In this document: positions 25,321-37,150 of the stretch, one piece after another
Position numbering within the stretch: position 1 is the stretch's first letter
Layout: each line of letters begins with the position of its first letter
NCBI GenBank assembly: GCA_030390025.1
Contig: CM059432.1
Coordinates: forward strand, 27,344,001-27,408,000
Reading direction: 5' to 3'
Origin: Squalus acanthias
Lineage: Eukaryota
DNA: 64,000 bases
Notes under the pieces: model-generated
What the model saw: the letters and a program-made list of their open reading frames with translations, nothing else
What the model was told of the DNA's origin: nothing
Databases searched by the model: none
Made by a program: the position numbers and the translations under genes

Positions 25321-26769
25321 GTCTCCCTGATACTGTTCAAAGTGAGATGGAAGTCAAGCTTTTGCAGCGGAGAAGGAGGAAGTTTAGGTGAGGAAGCACC
25401 GTGGGCACTGAAAGGTTTTGAAAAGAAGTTTCCAAGACACGTGTTCAGAGATAGTGATGTAAGGGTTTTAAATGTTTATTGTTTGATTCCGAGGAAATTT
25501 GAACAATCAGTTTTTTTATGTGTGGCAGATGCATGTTTGGTGCAATACTTAGAAAGATATACCTAGAAAGAAAAGAAAAACTTGCATTTATAAAGCATTA
25601 CAACAGTGACTACACTCCAAAAGTACTTCATTGGCTGTAAAGCGCTTTGAGACGTCCAGTGGTCGTGAAAGGCGCTATATAAATGCAAGTCTTTCTTTTA
25701 TGTTTCTCAATAATGTCCCAAAGCACTTCACATGCAACAATTACTTGGTAGTTGCCATGCAGCCAACTATGGCAGCCTTTTTGAACACAGCAAGATCTTG
25801 AAAGTGACATTTTGATGAATGATCAGGCGACCTAGTTCGTTCTTGATGTTGTTGGTTGAGGAAGGAACATTGGCCAAAACACCAAGAGAATTTTCTTTTC
25901 TTCTCTGAACGGCGCCATTGGATCTTCAGCATCCAACAAGGAATTTGGAAGTGAGGCGGGGGTAGTGGAAGTTGGTGTAAGCAAAGGGTTAATCTTAATA
26001 TTGTAGTAATGTTAGCTTTTAACCTTTGCCTGTTAAGTGAGAAAGTATAAGTCAATTTAGATGCAGCTAACTCTGAACTGTTGAACTAAGATTGACTTTG
26101 AAGCAATGGTCAGTTCAGACAATAAATCTAATTTTAAAAAAATTCCAGTCTATACTGCAGAGAACTGTAAATAGTTGATAAGTTCTGCAGAAACGACTAC
26201 GTGCAGATAGAAAAGCTCCCTTTGTTCATAAGATAAGAGAAAGTAAGTACCAGTCTACTGAGAAAGAACTTATTAAACCTAAAGTTATTGATAAGAAAAA
26301 AGCTCATTAAAATTCACCTGACCTTGAATTATATTCGGTAATTTAGAAACGTGTAGTTTGTCACATAGAAGGGTTGTAAAACAAAAAATGTTTTAAAAAA
26401 AAAGTGGGTGCTGGAACAGATACTCAGGAATTCGATGAAGGTCTGATCAACCAATGACACCGAGCTGGGAACTGTAACATGTTTGGATTCTCTGGCTAAA
26501 CCTTGCAAGGTTTTGCTGTAAGCGCTGCTGTTAAGTGTATGAATCCCTGGCATGTGTTTCATGGAGCAACAGTACAGGTGCCACAGTTGAGCTCAGCATC
26601 GCTTGCCAGGAAGGTGAAAATCAGGCACGGTTCCCACCCCTAACTGCATTGCGGGGAATCCTGTCGGAAAGTGCGCGTGCGTCTTGTCATTTTTAGATTT
26701 GACTAAGCTATCCTCCATGGTTGAATAATCTACCAACACTCGCATATCTAGGCTCATATGTGAAGAATG

Positions 26770-27120
26770 GGAACTGGATTAGTAATCCACAGGCCTGCAC
26801 TAATAATCCTGCGAGCATGAGTTCAAATCGCAGTTTTCGCAGTTAAATTTAGTTTTTAAAATATCTGGAAATAAAAGTTACCACAAAGCTGTCGGATTGT
26901 CGTAAAAACTCAACTGGTTCGCTAATGCCCTTCAGGGAAGGAAACCTGCCATCCTTACCACATCTGACCTATACGTGACTCAAATCCCACACCAATGTGG
27001 TTGACTCTAAACTGCCCTAGCAAGCCACTCAGCTGTATTAAGACAGGGCAATTAGGGAGGGGCAATAAATGCTGGCCTTGCCTTGCCAACGCTGCCCACA
27101 TCCCAAGAATGAATAAAAAA
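26770..27120 (+). mobile_element. SINE sharing its 3' tail with LINE family B
   Basis: B-box-like gagttcaaatc. Ends gggcaattaggg...gcaataaatgctggccttgcc...cacatccc...gaataaaaaa, the same tail as the LINE at 3290-3360. Confidence 0.7.
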
Positions 27121-27879
27121 CATACACCCATGCCAGTTGACTGTAAGAAACATGGACTAGCATCTTTAGGAGAGGAGTGGGAGAAAAAAAAAACTAGGGA
27201 CAGAGTAAATAAATCTAATTGGAGTCAGCTGCTTAGCTTGGCACTGAACAGAAGAGGCTCACTTTCCCTTCACGGTCTTACTCCAGAGCAAGCTGCTCAT
27301 TCAGGTTTACAAAATAGGCTGCTGCTGACATTTGGTTCTGTAAAGTTTACCTTTTTCTAATTCCTTTCTATCAGACATGACCTGGTTCTGACTATATGCC
27401 AGTGAGACATTGGGCAGGAGTACATTGTTCTGATTGTGTGACAGGACATTTAAATGTGTATTTATACATTGCGGTTGATTTGGTGCACGTAACATGCACT
27501 TATTTTGCTAAAGAATTCAGAAATCATAGGGTGCTGCGGTTCTCCACTCAGTAGCTTGCCAAGAACACAAGCTCAGCACGTGTCAGGAGAAAGAAGCAAA
27601 CTCTGGACTTAGGAACCTGCACTTGAACTGCTTGTTCCAAGCTGCTTGTTGCCATCCCTGTGAATCAGACACTGGAGCACACCGCAACACCTCTTTCTTT
27701 TTCTTTGTCTCTCCCACCAATCTCCTCAAAACACATTGACAACAATTTTGCTGAGCTTCCCTAACAACTGGGTTGGTAAATACACTGCCCAATTGGGAAA
27801 TACACTGAGCTGTACCAGGCGAGAAGGTCTTGGTTTTGATCCCTGCTTTTTACTGAGTTTGCTAATTTAACCTAATCAG

Positions 27880-28840
27880 ACTGCCCACTTCATTTGCAGG
27901 AGTCCAATATTGGACTAAAGTAGAAAGAGTTTCTGCTATATCAATGGCCCGAGATGTCATCGGCACCCTTTGTAGATGTGATTTAAGGTCTAGTATTATG
28001 ATCCTGTACTGCCAGGGGGAGGCCCCATTTTCAGACTGTGCGGGTCGGAGAGGGACCCAATTCTATGACCTAAATTCTTTGGGAGTGCGGTTCCCGTGAC
28101 CCCTGCCCCCTCATCGTGAGTCCAGAACTCCTTTTTAATGCTTTGCTGATTGTATATTACCATCTAAAGGTAAATATTGAGAATGCGCTTTCCCACTATG
28201 AAGACTCGCCTGCCGGGAACACATATTAGAAAATCTTGCACACGTTCCCCAAAATTGTGCATCCATATTTTACCCGCTAATGTCACAACATCAGTAGTGC
28301 ATCAACTGCAATTAGGTTGAGGGGCAACCTGTCCAATCTGGACCCTTCTAATCCCTTCTGTCAGAAGGGGCCTAATTGGAATGTCAAATCAGCATCCAGT
28401 CTAGTAGATGTTTGGCCCTGTTCCCAGATCAAACACTGTTGTATAGCCAGACCAAACACTGGGATGAAATTCTCCTAACTCAAGTAGCTAAGGATTGAGG
28501 ATAAATTGATCTTCCATGGCATTACTCCAGTTTCCACTAAATATGAGTCTGAGGCACCATATTGATTATGGTTTGCCACTAATTGACCCTGTCTGGTATC
28601 TCAACTCAAGTGGCCATTCTAATATTGAAGTTTGTGCAAGCAAGTGAACCAAGGAGGGAACCACATCTAAACCTATCACTGGATAGAGATCAGGAAAAGG
28701 AACTTTGTCTGATTTTTTCCCCCCTCTAAACACCCCTACAGACTCCTGGCCCACTTGGTGTGGGCATCGCTTTGTTGGGCCTACCCAAAGTGGAGACCCA
28801 GGAAAATGGGGTGGGATGTGTGGTGTCATCACTCCCACTT
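27880..28840 (-). mobile_element. Possible highly decayed DIRS/Ngaro tyrosine-recombinase retrotransposon
   Basis: Weak motifs in the expected order: PPHFPGSPLWVGPTK (RT-start-like), VPQTHI*WKL, PSVWSGY, LLTEGIRRVQ, PKEFRS/RIG (YR box-like). Many stops. Confidence 0.35.
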
Positions 28841-29161
28841 AATTTCCGTGACACTTAAATTCTTCACCTACTCCAAGCGCTATGCAACTCAAAGAGGGAG
28901 GAGAATTAGCGAGTCTCAGCTTTTTTTTTTCACTCCAAAGCAGAGGAAAATCACTTTTAATAAGTAACTGAACTACAAATATATGCAAGCATACAGTACA
29001 GCAGAGGTGGGACTGGTGGGAATTCAGGTGGGTGACGTCATCCTGCCCGTGCCTTTTCCATCTGTGATGTTGAGCTGTAAGGGGGTGATTACAAGAACCG
29101 CCTCTTCACCCTCCCATCCCATAAACCCCAGCGCTTTTGGAACAGGCTGGCCGGAGACTTA

Positions 29162-29891
29162 GGGCTGGATTTTGATACTGGGGCGGGTTGGGGTCGTGTC
29201 ATCCACTTTTCGTGTTATCCACCCGACTGCAATTGGATGTGGGAGATTGATGCGATTTTCACCTAATTGGGCAATTGAGTTCCAGCATGTGGGAACCCAT
29301 GACCCAATTAGTGGTTTCAGTCTGAAAGTCGCCTCTGATGATGTCATCATTGCTGCTGCATTGAAGGTCTGCAAAGACTGCCTGGCCTTTGCTGTGAGAG
29401 GACCTGGATGCAAAATGAGCAGCAGCAGCCCGAAGTCTGCTCCCAGATATTTTTGCACCACCACTCCCAGATATGTCTCCCATCCACCACCACTCCCAGA
29501 TATGTCATCCATCCATCCACCACCACTCCCAGATATGTCATTCATCCATCCATCACCACTCCCAGATATGTAGCCAGCCAGCCAGCCAAATGTGCTCCCA
29601 TCAGGTTTCACATTCGTGGTTCCGAACAGGCGTGCTTCACGTAGAAAAAGGGTTAAAATCACAAAGGCCTTTCAAAATGGCATTATAGAGGCAATTTAGT
29701 GCTTGTTAAGGGCCTTAACAGCCTATCCCGCCTCTTAGAGGCGGGACGGAGTCGGGACCAGCAGACACAATTTAATTAAAATTGCGTGGAGGCGGGATGG
29801 AGGTGGGCTTGTGCCCGGCCGCCAGTTTTCGCAATTTTAACCCCCCACACGCCTCCAAACCCACCTCCACGGGTCAATGAAAATCCAGCCC
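29162..29891. mobile_element. Harbinger-type MITE (TIR GGGCTGGATTTT)
   Basis: Perfect 12-bp TIR; near-identical inverted copy at 42197-42855; internal tandem repeat at 29450-29570. Confidence 0.88.
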
Positions 29892-30519
29892 ATTGTCTCA
29901 GAAAGGGGTCCCTTATTCCTTCCGGTGGAGTAGTTGATGAAGTTAAGTGTGGTTTGTGACCTTTTTCTCTTGTTTTCTTCATTTAGGAGGAAGCTTTATT
30001 CAGCCATTTTGAACTCAAGTGCAAGTCAAGAGATTACCAAATCAAAATGACTTAAAGGTAAATTCAAACAGTGAGGCCAACCATGTCACTGGAATTCAAG
30101 GCATCAACATGACAGACTTCATACTTTCTATTTTGAATGCACCTCCCAAAGGCAACTGTTTACTCACCCTGCCTACTCTGAAGGAAAGATATTAAAAGTT
30201 GACTCAACTCCGCATTAACTTTCTCCGTCACTGGCTTGCTGCCAAGGAAAACATACTGTAATTTGTTGCTTCCTTTCTGAAAACTTTGGTTGTTCTGACG
30301 AGAAAAATTCCATTTGTGTGGAAGTATTCTTAAAACTGCTGCTGTTCCTGCTCAGTAACCAGCCATTGAAGAAGACTGGAGTCATACACAGAGATCTCTG
30401 TGTAGAGGGTACATACTGCAGAATTCATCCACACCCTTTCACTGACAGGATCTGTTTTCTGTCCTTCCTTTTTTTCCACTGCCTAAGCGGAGGAGCATTG
30501 TCATCAAGCAGGTTTCAAA

Positions 30520-30798
30520 ATGCTTCTCAAGAAAATTGTTCTCAAGCTGCATAGGCTTCAGTGGTTTTTATATTTGCTGTTTTTTGGAGTGCTGCTGCTT
30601 TCTGTCTTGTTCACTTACACCAACAAGATGAACTTAACACTCCGCGGTCTTATCAACAGGAAACAGTGCAAATGTAGCCGCTGCGTGTCTGAATTAGGTG
30701 TATCGGAGTGGTTTGACAGACGATACAATCCCAATATGTATCCCTTCCTGACCAAAAGCAACTACACGATTTCCGAAGAGTCCTTCAAATGGTGGCGG
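30520..30798 (+). CDS. ST3GAL1: ST3GAL1-like beta-galactoside alpha-2,3-sialyltransferase, first coding exon (cytoplasmic tail, TM anchor, stem)
   Basis: ATG at 30520. MLLKK...WFLYLLFFGVLLLSVLFTY is a type II TM anchor. CKCSRC...SEWFDRRYN...PFLT...KWWR resembles the ST3Gal I/II stem. Donor CGG|GTAAAT at 30799, phase 0. Exact paralogue (ST3GAL1, 2 or 8-like) needs a phylogeny. Confidence 0.88.
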
Positions 30799-31039
30799 GT
30801 AAATATACTTCTCAGAAGGCATCGTCACTTAAATAAAATGAAGGAAAAGTCTCTTGATTGAATGGAAGCTTGGTAATGCAGGAGGACCAACAATGTGATG
30901 TAAAGTAGTGAGACACGGAGGTTGTAAGCTGAACTCTGACGTGCTACTGGGGTAGGGAGGAGGGGCACAAAGAGGCTGACTGGCTGTTCACTTCTGAAGT
31001 AACAAGGATAAGTAATGTATTACCCAGGCAGCCATAGTA

Positions 31040-31665
31040 TAAAAAGAAAAGAATTGTGACTTGCATTTATATAGCGCCTTTTACAACCTCAGAATATCTC
31101 AAAGCCAATGTTCCCTATAATTCTTTTTTGGGTGCGCGCCCCTTTAATGGGCTGCGCGGCCCATTCAAATTCCCGCGCATACGCAATTTTCTCTATTTAA
31201 AATCCGATGCGCTGGCTGTGCGGGAGCTCCAGTCAGCTGTACGGCCGCGCAGCTTAATGGGAACATTACTCAAAGCTCTTTACAGCCAATGAAGTACTTT
31301 TGAAGTGTAGTCAATGTTGTAATGTTGGAAACTCGGCAGCTCATTTAGGCACAGCAAGCTCCCACAAACAGCAATGACATAAGTGACCAGATCATCTGTT
31401 TTAGGCGTTAATTAAGAGACAAATATTGGCCAGGATACCAGGGAGAACTAGTTCCATGGGATCTTTTATGTTCACCTGAGAGGGAAGAGGGGGCCTCAGT
31501 TTAACGGCTCATCTGAAAGACAGCACCAGTGACAGTGCAGCATTCCCTCAATACTGCAGAGAAGTGTCAGCCCAGATTATGTGCTCAAGTCTCTGGAGTG
31601 GTTCTTGACCCCACAACCTTCTGACTCAGAGGCGAGAGTACTGCCATTGAGCCAAGGCTAACACC
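31040..31665 (-). mobile_element. Deu-domain tRNA SINE split by a hAT MITE
   Basis: Matches 59664-60115 once 31106-31276 is removed. Confidence 0.82.
31106..31268. mobile_element. hAT-type MITE (163 bp)
   Basis: TIR caatgttccc / gggaacatta; exact 8-bp TSD CTCAAAGC (31098-31105, 31269-31276). Confidence 0.85.
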
Positions 31666-33036
31666 CTTGTATAATATATACCACAGGCAGCCACAACACC
31701 ACCATTGCGGAGGGTTTAAACTAGCTTGGAAGGGGGAACCTGAGTGTAGATTCAGAAGGGAGAGAAGCAAAGCTGGAAATGGAAGGCAGTAAATTAGTAA
31801 GTGAGTTTGGAAGGTAGAGGAAACAAAGGCTATAAAATAGACAACAAAGGGGTTTGGCAGTGCTTAATGGTATATACTTCAATGCAAGGAGTGTAGTAAA
31901 TAAGGCTGATGAGCTGAGGGCACAGATAGACATGTGGAAGTATGATATCATAGCTATTATTAAAACATGGCTGAAAGAGAGGCAGCAATGGAAGCTCAAC
32001 ATTCCTGGTTACAGGGTTTTCAGACGAGATAGAGAGGGGGCTATAAAAAAGGAGGGGGTTGTAATATTGGTTAAAGAAACAATGACATCTGTGAGGCGGA
32101 ATGATGTGTTAGAAGGATCATCAAATGAGGCCATATGGGTTGAACTGAAGGACAAAAAAGGGGTAATCACACTACTGGGAGTGTACTATAGACCCCCAAA
32201 CAGTCAGAGGGAGAAAGAACAGCAAATATGTAGGCAAATTGCTGAGAAGTGCAAAAACAATAGGGCAGTAATAGTAGGGCATTTCAGCTACCCCAATATT
32301 AACTGGGATATAATCCGTGTAAAAACGTATAGAGGGCGCAGAATTCTTAAAATGTATTCGGGAGAACATTTTAGTCAGTGCGTAGCAAGCCCAACAAGAG
32401 AGGGGGCGGTTCTGGACTTAGTTTTAGAGAATGAAGCTAGGCAAGTGGAAGGGGTAACCGTGGGAGAGCATTTTGGTGGTAATGATCATAATTCAGTTAG
32501 ATTTAGCATAATTATGGAAAAGGACAAAGATAGACCAGGAGGAAATGTTCTCGATTGGGGAAAGGCCAATTTTACTAAGCTGAGATGTGATTTAGCAAAA
32601 GTGGACTGGAAACAGCTACTTGAAGGTAAATCAGTGTCAGAGCAGTGGGAGGCATTCAAGGAGGGTTCAGAACAAATATATTCCCACAAAGAAAAAGGGT
32701 GGGACTCCCAAATCTAGAGCCCCCTGGATGTCAAGGGGCATACAGGGTAAGATAAGGCAAAAAAGGGAAGCTTATGTCAGATACCGAGAGCTAAATACTA
32801 CAGAAAGCCTAGAGGAGTACAGGAAGTGCAGGGGTGAAATTAAAACGGAAGTTAGGAAAGCAAAGAGAGAGCATGAAAAAATATTAGCAAGTAAAATCAA
32901 GGAAAACCCAAAGATGTTTTATAAACACATAAAGAGCAAGAGGATGACTAAGGAAAGAGTAGGGCCTATTAGAGACCAAAAAGGTAACCTGTGTGTGGAG
33001 GCAGAAGCTGTGGGTATGGTTCTAAATGAATACTTT

Positions 33037-34556
33037 GTTCGCGATTTTCTACTCGGTGTCGGGATGGGTGCAGGTCAGCTGGTTTCTGGGTTCCAGTCCC
33101 ACCCCCAGCTGCCTCCGCTCTACAGACGTGATTTTCCCTTGATTGGCCTTGTTAAACCCATCGGCCAATTAACAGGAAGCGGGTCTGATGACGTCAATTG
33201 ATGACGTGTCATCTGCCAGTTTCCTTAAAGGGACCATGCACAATTTTATTTTGACAGTTGATTTTTCAGTGTTTGACAGCATTGAGGTGCTGAAAACACT
33301 GACTTCACTGCACAGAGGTGAACTCTTACACCCAGGCTCTCCAATGACTCCCTCCATATGCTTATGGAGGGAGTCACAGTACACAGGGAGGTTCTCTTCC
33401 CTTCCAAGGGACACCAACTTACCTTGCACCTCCACCCAACTCTCTCTATCTACTTTATCACTTCCCCATCTCACTAGCCACCCCTCACACTCACCCTCAT
33501 TCTACTGCAAGCATACCAACTAACAACACACAAGGGTGGGCACTTGAGGGGTTTAGCCAATGTCCATGTGAAGTTTCTGGTAATGTGTTGTCATACAGTG
33601 AAATCTCTTTTTCAAAAAGTGCCCCTTATTGGACAGATCTGAGCGCACATTGAGAAGTGTCTTACTGAGTTCCGTGATTGTTCAGTCATAACTCCACCTC
33701 CCCCCCGCCGCCCAGCTATATTGATGTGAGTGCATGGAATGGCTTGGACATTAAAGGGATGCTTCACGGTGCTGGTGTGGGACGATGTCAACCTGGCGCA
33801 TCATGTGGCAACCAGGGTTTACAGCATCAAGTGAAGAAAGTCTGGCCATGGTGATGCCATCACTGGCCTCCCGGCCAGCAATTTTGTCAGGGGCTGATGC
33901 CCTGTACCCAGTGCAGCATCAGGTGATGGCGGCGAAGGTTGGTGATGTTGGTGTTGGGGATGATTGTGGATGGATTCGGAGGACCACGGTCTGATTGTTT
34001 CATTGGCTCCGATGTTGCTGGAATAGATGGCAGCTGCAGGTGAGATGACAGAAGCGATCTGTCACTGGTGAGAGAGGTTCTCCCAATGAGGTGGCACTGG
34101 ACATACAGTTGGATTTAAAAGCTTGTAAGCTAAAGAAATCTGTATATGTGTTAAAAATGCAATAACCAACATTTTCTTTGCTCAGAAACTCACCATGTGC
34201 AACATGGCATCCTTGACACCACTTCTGCAGCTGTCATCTTTTCACAAACATCAAACCAGACTCACAACACGCCACACTTACCTGGCGTGTTGTCTGGACG
34301 TCGCGAAACCCGATCCAGAAGCTGGAAAATCGAAAAAGACCCTGAAAACTGCTGACAAGTACCTGTTAATAGGCAGTTAATTGCCTTTAATCCGTTTCCC
34401 GCCGCTGGGTGTTGGGTCCCCACTGGGGACCCGACACTTGGGAAGGTTGTGTGGAGGTGGGTTGACGGCGGGTGTGGAACCCGCCATCAATCAAAACAAC
34501 TTTAACCTCTGACCCACCTCCAAACCCGCCCTCTGAGCGCCGGCAAAATCGCGGCC
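33037..34556. mobile_element. Non-autonomous Harbinger element
   Basis: Imperfect TIR gttcgcgatttt / aaaatcgcggcc; TSD TTT. Internal PRLSNDSLHMLMEG is a Myb-start-like remnant. Confidence 0.8.
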
Positions 34557-35037
34557 TTTGCGTCTGTCTTCACAAAAGAGAGGGACGATGCAGACATTGT
34601 AGTTAAGAAAGAGGTGTGTGAAATATTAGATAGGATGAACATAATGAGAGAGGCAATATTAAGGGGTTTAGCATCTTTGAAAGTAGATAAATTGCCAGGC
34701 CCGGATGAAATGTATCCCAGGCTGTTAAGAAAAGCAAAGGAGGAAATAGCGGAGGCTCTGACCATCATTTTCCAATCCTCTCTGGCTACAGGTGTGGTGC
34801 CAGAGGATTGGAGGACTGCTAACATTGTACCGTTGTTTAAAAAGGTAGAAAGGGATAGACCGAGTAATTACAGGCCAGTCAGCCTAACCTTGGTGGTGGG
34901 AAATTATTGGAAAAAATTCTGAGGGACAATACTAATCGTCATTTAGAAATGATGTGGAGATGCCGGTGTTGGACTGGGGTGGACAAATGTGAGAAGTCGC
35001 ACAACACCAGGTTATAGTCCAACAGCTTTATTTGAAA

Positions 35038-35074
35038 TCACAAGCTTTCGAAGCGCTGCTCCTTCGTCAGGTGA
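35038..35074 (-). ncRNA. Minimal type I hammerhead ribozyme motif
   Basis: Minus strand reads tcac-CTGACGA-a-ggagc-agc-gcttc-GAAA-gctt-gtga. Stem I tcac/gtga, stem II, palindromic AGCT stem III. Confidence 0.75.
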
Positions 35075-35134
35075 AGTGAAGAGATGCATATGTTCTCTGA
35101 CTATATATGCTGTGCCTATATGCATCTCTTCACT

Positions 35135-35171
35135 TCACCTGACGAAGGAGCAGCGCTCCGAAAGCTTGAGA
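35135..35171 (+). ncRNA. Minimal type I hammerhead ribozyme motif (stem I mismatch)
   Basis: tcac-CTGACGA-a-ggagc-agc-gctcc-GAAA-gctt-gaga. Confidence 0.68.
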
Positions 35172-35870
35172 TTTCAAATAAAGCTGTTGGACTATAACCT
35201 GGTGTTGTGCGACTTCTCACATTTGTCATTTAGAAAGGCACAGATTAATCAAGGACAGTCAGCATGGATTTGTTAAGGGTAGGTCGTGTCTGACTAACTT
35301 GATTGCATTTTTTGAGGAGGTAACAAAGAAGGTTGGTGAGGGTAGCACGTTTGATGTAGTCTACATAGATTTTAGCAGGGCTTTTGACAAGGACCCATAC
35401 GGCAGACTGGTCAGAAAAGTAAAAGCCCTGGGATCCAAGGGAAAGTGATAAGTTGCATCCAAAATTGGCTCAGTGGCAGGAAGCAAAGGGTCATGGTCGA
35501 CGGGTGTTTTTGTGACTGGAAGGCTGTTTCCAGTGGGGTGCCACAGGGCTCAGTACTAGTTCCTTTGCTTTTTGTGGTATATATCAATAGACTTTAATGT
35601 AGGTGGCATGATTAAATAGTTTGCAGATGATACACAAATTGACCGTGTGGTTGATAGAGAGGAAGAAAGCTGTAGACTGCAGGAAGATATCAAAGGACTG
35701 GTGATATCAAAGGACTGGTCAGGTGGGCAGAAAAGTGGCAAATGAAATTCAATCTGGAGACGTCTGATGTAATGCATTTGGAGAGGGCTAACAAGGCAAA
35801 GGAATACACAATTAATGGTAGGAGACTGAGAAATGTAGAGGAACAGCAGGACCTTGTAGTGCATTTGGCG

Positions 35871-37150
35871 TTTGACAAATCTGTTAGAGTTTCTTGAGGT
35901 TGTAACTAGCAGAATAGATAAGGGGGAACCAGTGGATGTGGTGTATTTGGATTTTCAGAAGGCATTCGATAAGGTTCCACACAAGAGGTTATTAAACAAA
36001 ATTAGGGCTCATGGGATTGGGGATCATATACGAGCATGGATTGAGGATTAACGGAGGTTAACATACAGAAAACAGAGAGTAGGAATAAACGGGTCATTTT
36101 CGGGTTGGCATGCTGTAACTAGTGGGGTACCGCAAAGATCAGTGCTTGGGCCTCAGCTATTCACAATCTACATCAATGATATAGATGAGGGGACCAAAGG
36201 TAATATATCCAAATTTTCTGATGATACAAAGCTGGGTGGGAATGTAAGTTGTGAGGAGGATGCAAGGAGGCTTCAAGGGGATGTAGAAGGCTAAGTGAGT
36301 GAACAAGAATATGGCAAATGGAATATAATGTGGAGAAATGTGAAGTTATCCACTTTGGTAGGAAAAATAGAAAAGCAGAATATTTTTTAAATGGTAAGAG
36401 ATTGGGAAATGTTGGTGTTCAGAGGGACCTGGGTGTCCTTGTACAAGGATCACTGAAAATTAACATGCAAGATCAGCAAGCAATTAGGAAAGCAAATGGT
36501 ATGTTGGCCTTTATTACGAGAGGATTTGAGTGTAAGAGTAAAGACGTCTTACTGCAATTATATAGGGCCCTGGTGAGGCCATACCTGGAGTCTTGTGTAC
36601 AGTTTTGGTCTCCTTACCTAAGAAAGGATATACTTGCCACGGAGGGAGTGCAACAAAGGTTTATCAGACTGGCTCCTGGGATGGGGGGATTGTCCTATGA
36701 GGACAGATTGAGTAGACTAGTCCTATATTCTCTTTAAGTTTAGAAAAATGAGAGGTGATCTCATTGAAACATACAAATTCTTACAGGGCTTGACAGGGTA
36801 GATGCAGGGAGGATGTTTCCCCTGGCTGGGGAGTCTAGAACCAGGGGTCACAGTCTCAGAATAAGGGGTCGGCCATTTAGGACTGAGATGAGGGGAAATT
36901 TCTTCACTCAGAGGGTGGTGAATCTTTGGAATTCTCTACCCCAGAGGGCTGTGGAGGCTCAGTTGTTGAGTATATTCAAGACAGAGATCGATAGATTTTT
37001 GAATATTAAGGGAATCAAGGGATATGGGGATAGTGCAGGAAAGTGGAGATGAGGTAGAAGAACAGACATGATCTTATTGAATGACGGAGCAGGCTCGAAG
37101 GGCAAATGGCCTAATCCTGCTCCTATTTCTTATGTTCTTATGTTCTTATG
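35871..37150 (+). mobile_element. 5'-truncated CR1 (RT C-terminal half and tail)
   Basis: YLDFQKAFDKV, KCEVIHFG, FFTQRVVNLWNSLP; tail ttcttatg repeated. Confidence 0.9.

Larger units (their letters stand above)
34950..35224 (-). mobile_element. Penelope-like palindromic mini-element (family 1) with two hammerhead motifs
   Basis: 110-bp inverted arms 34982-35091 / 35118-35227, 26-nt spacer, one-sided tail 34950-34981. Duplication gtcatttagaaa at 34938-34949 and 35225-35236. Confidence 0.85.
31670..35870 (+). mobile_element. CR1 ORF2 copy, decayed, with two nested insertions
   Basis: FNARSVVNK, YYRPP, NEYF|ASVF, NYRPVSLT, SQHGF and FADD-region fragments. Confidence 0.9.

Noticed and set aside
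30799..30861. ORF extension VNILLRRHRHLNKMKEKSLD
   Set aside because: Read-through past the splice donor; homology continues at 55305.
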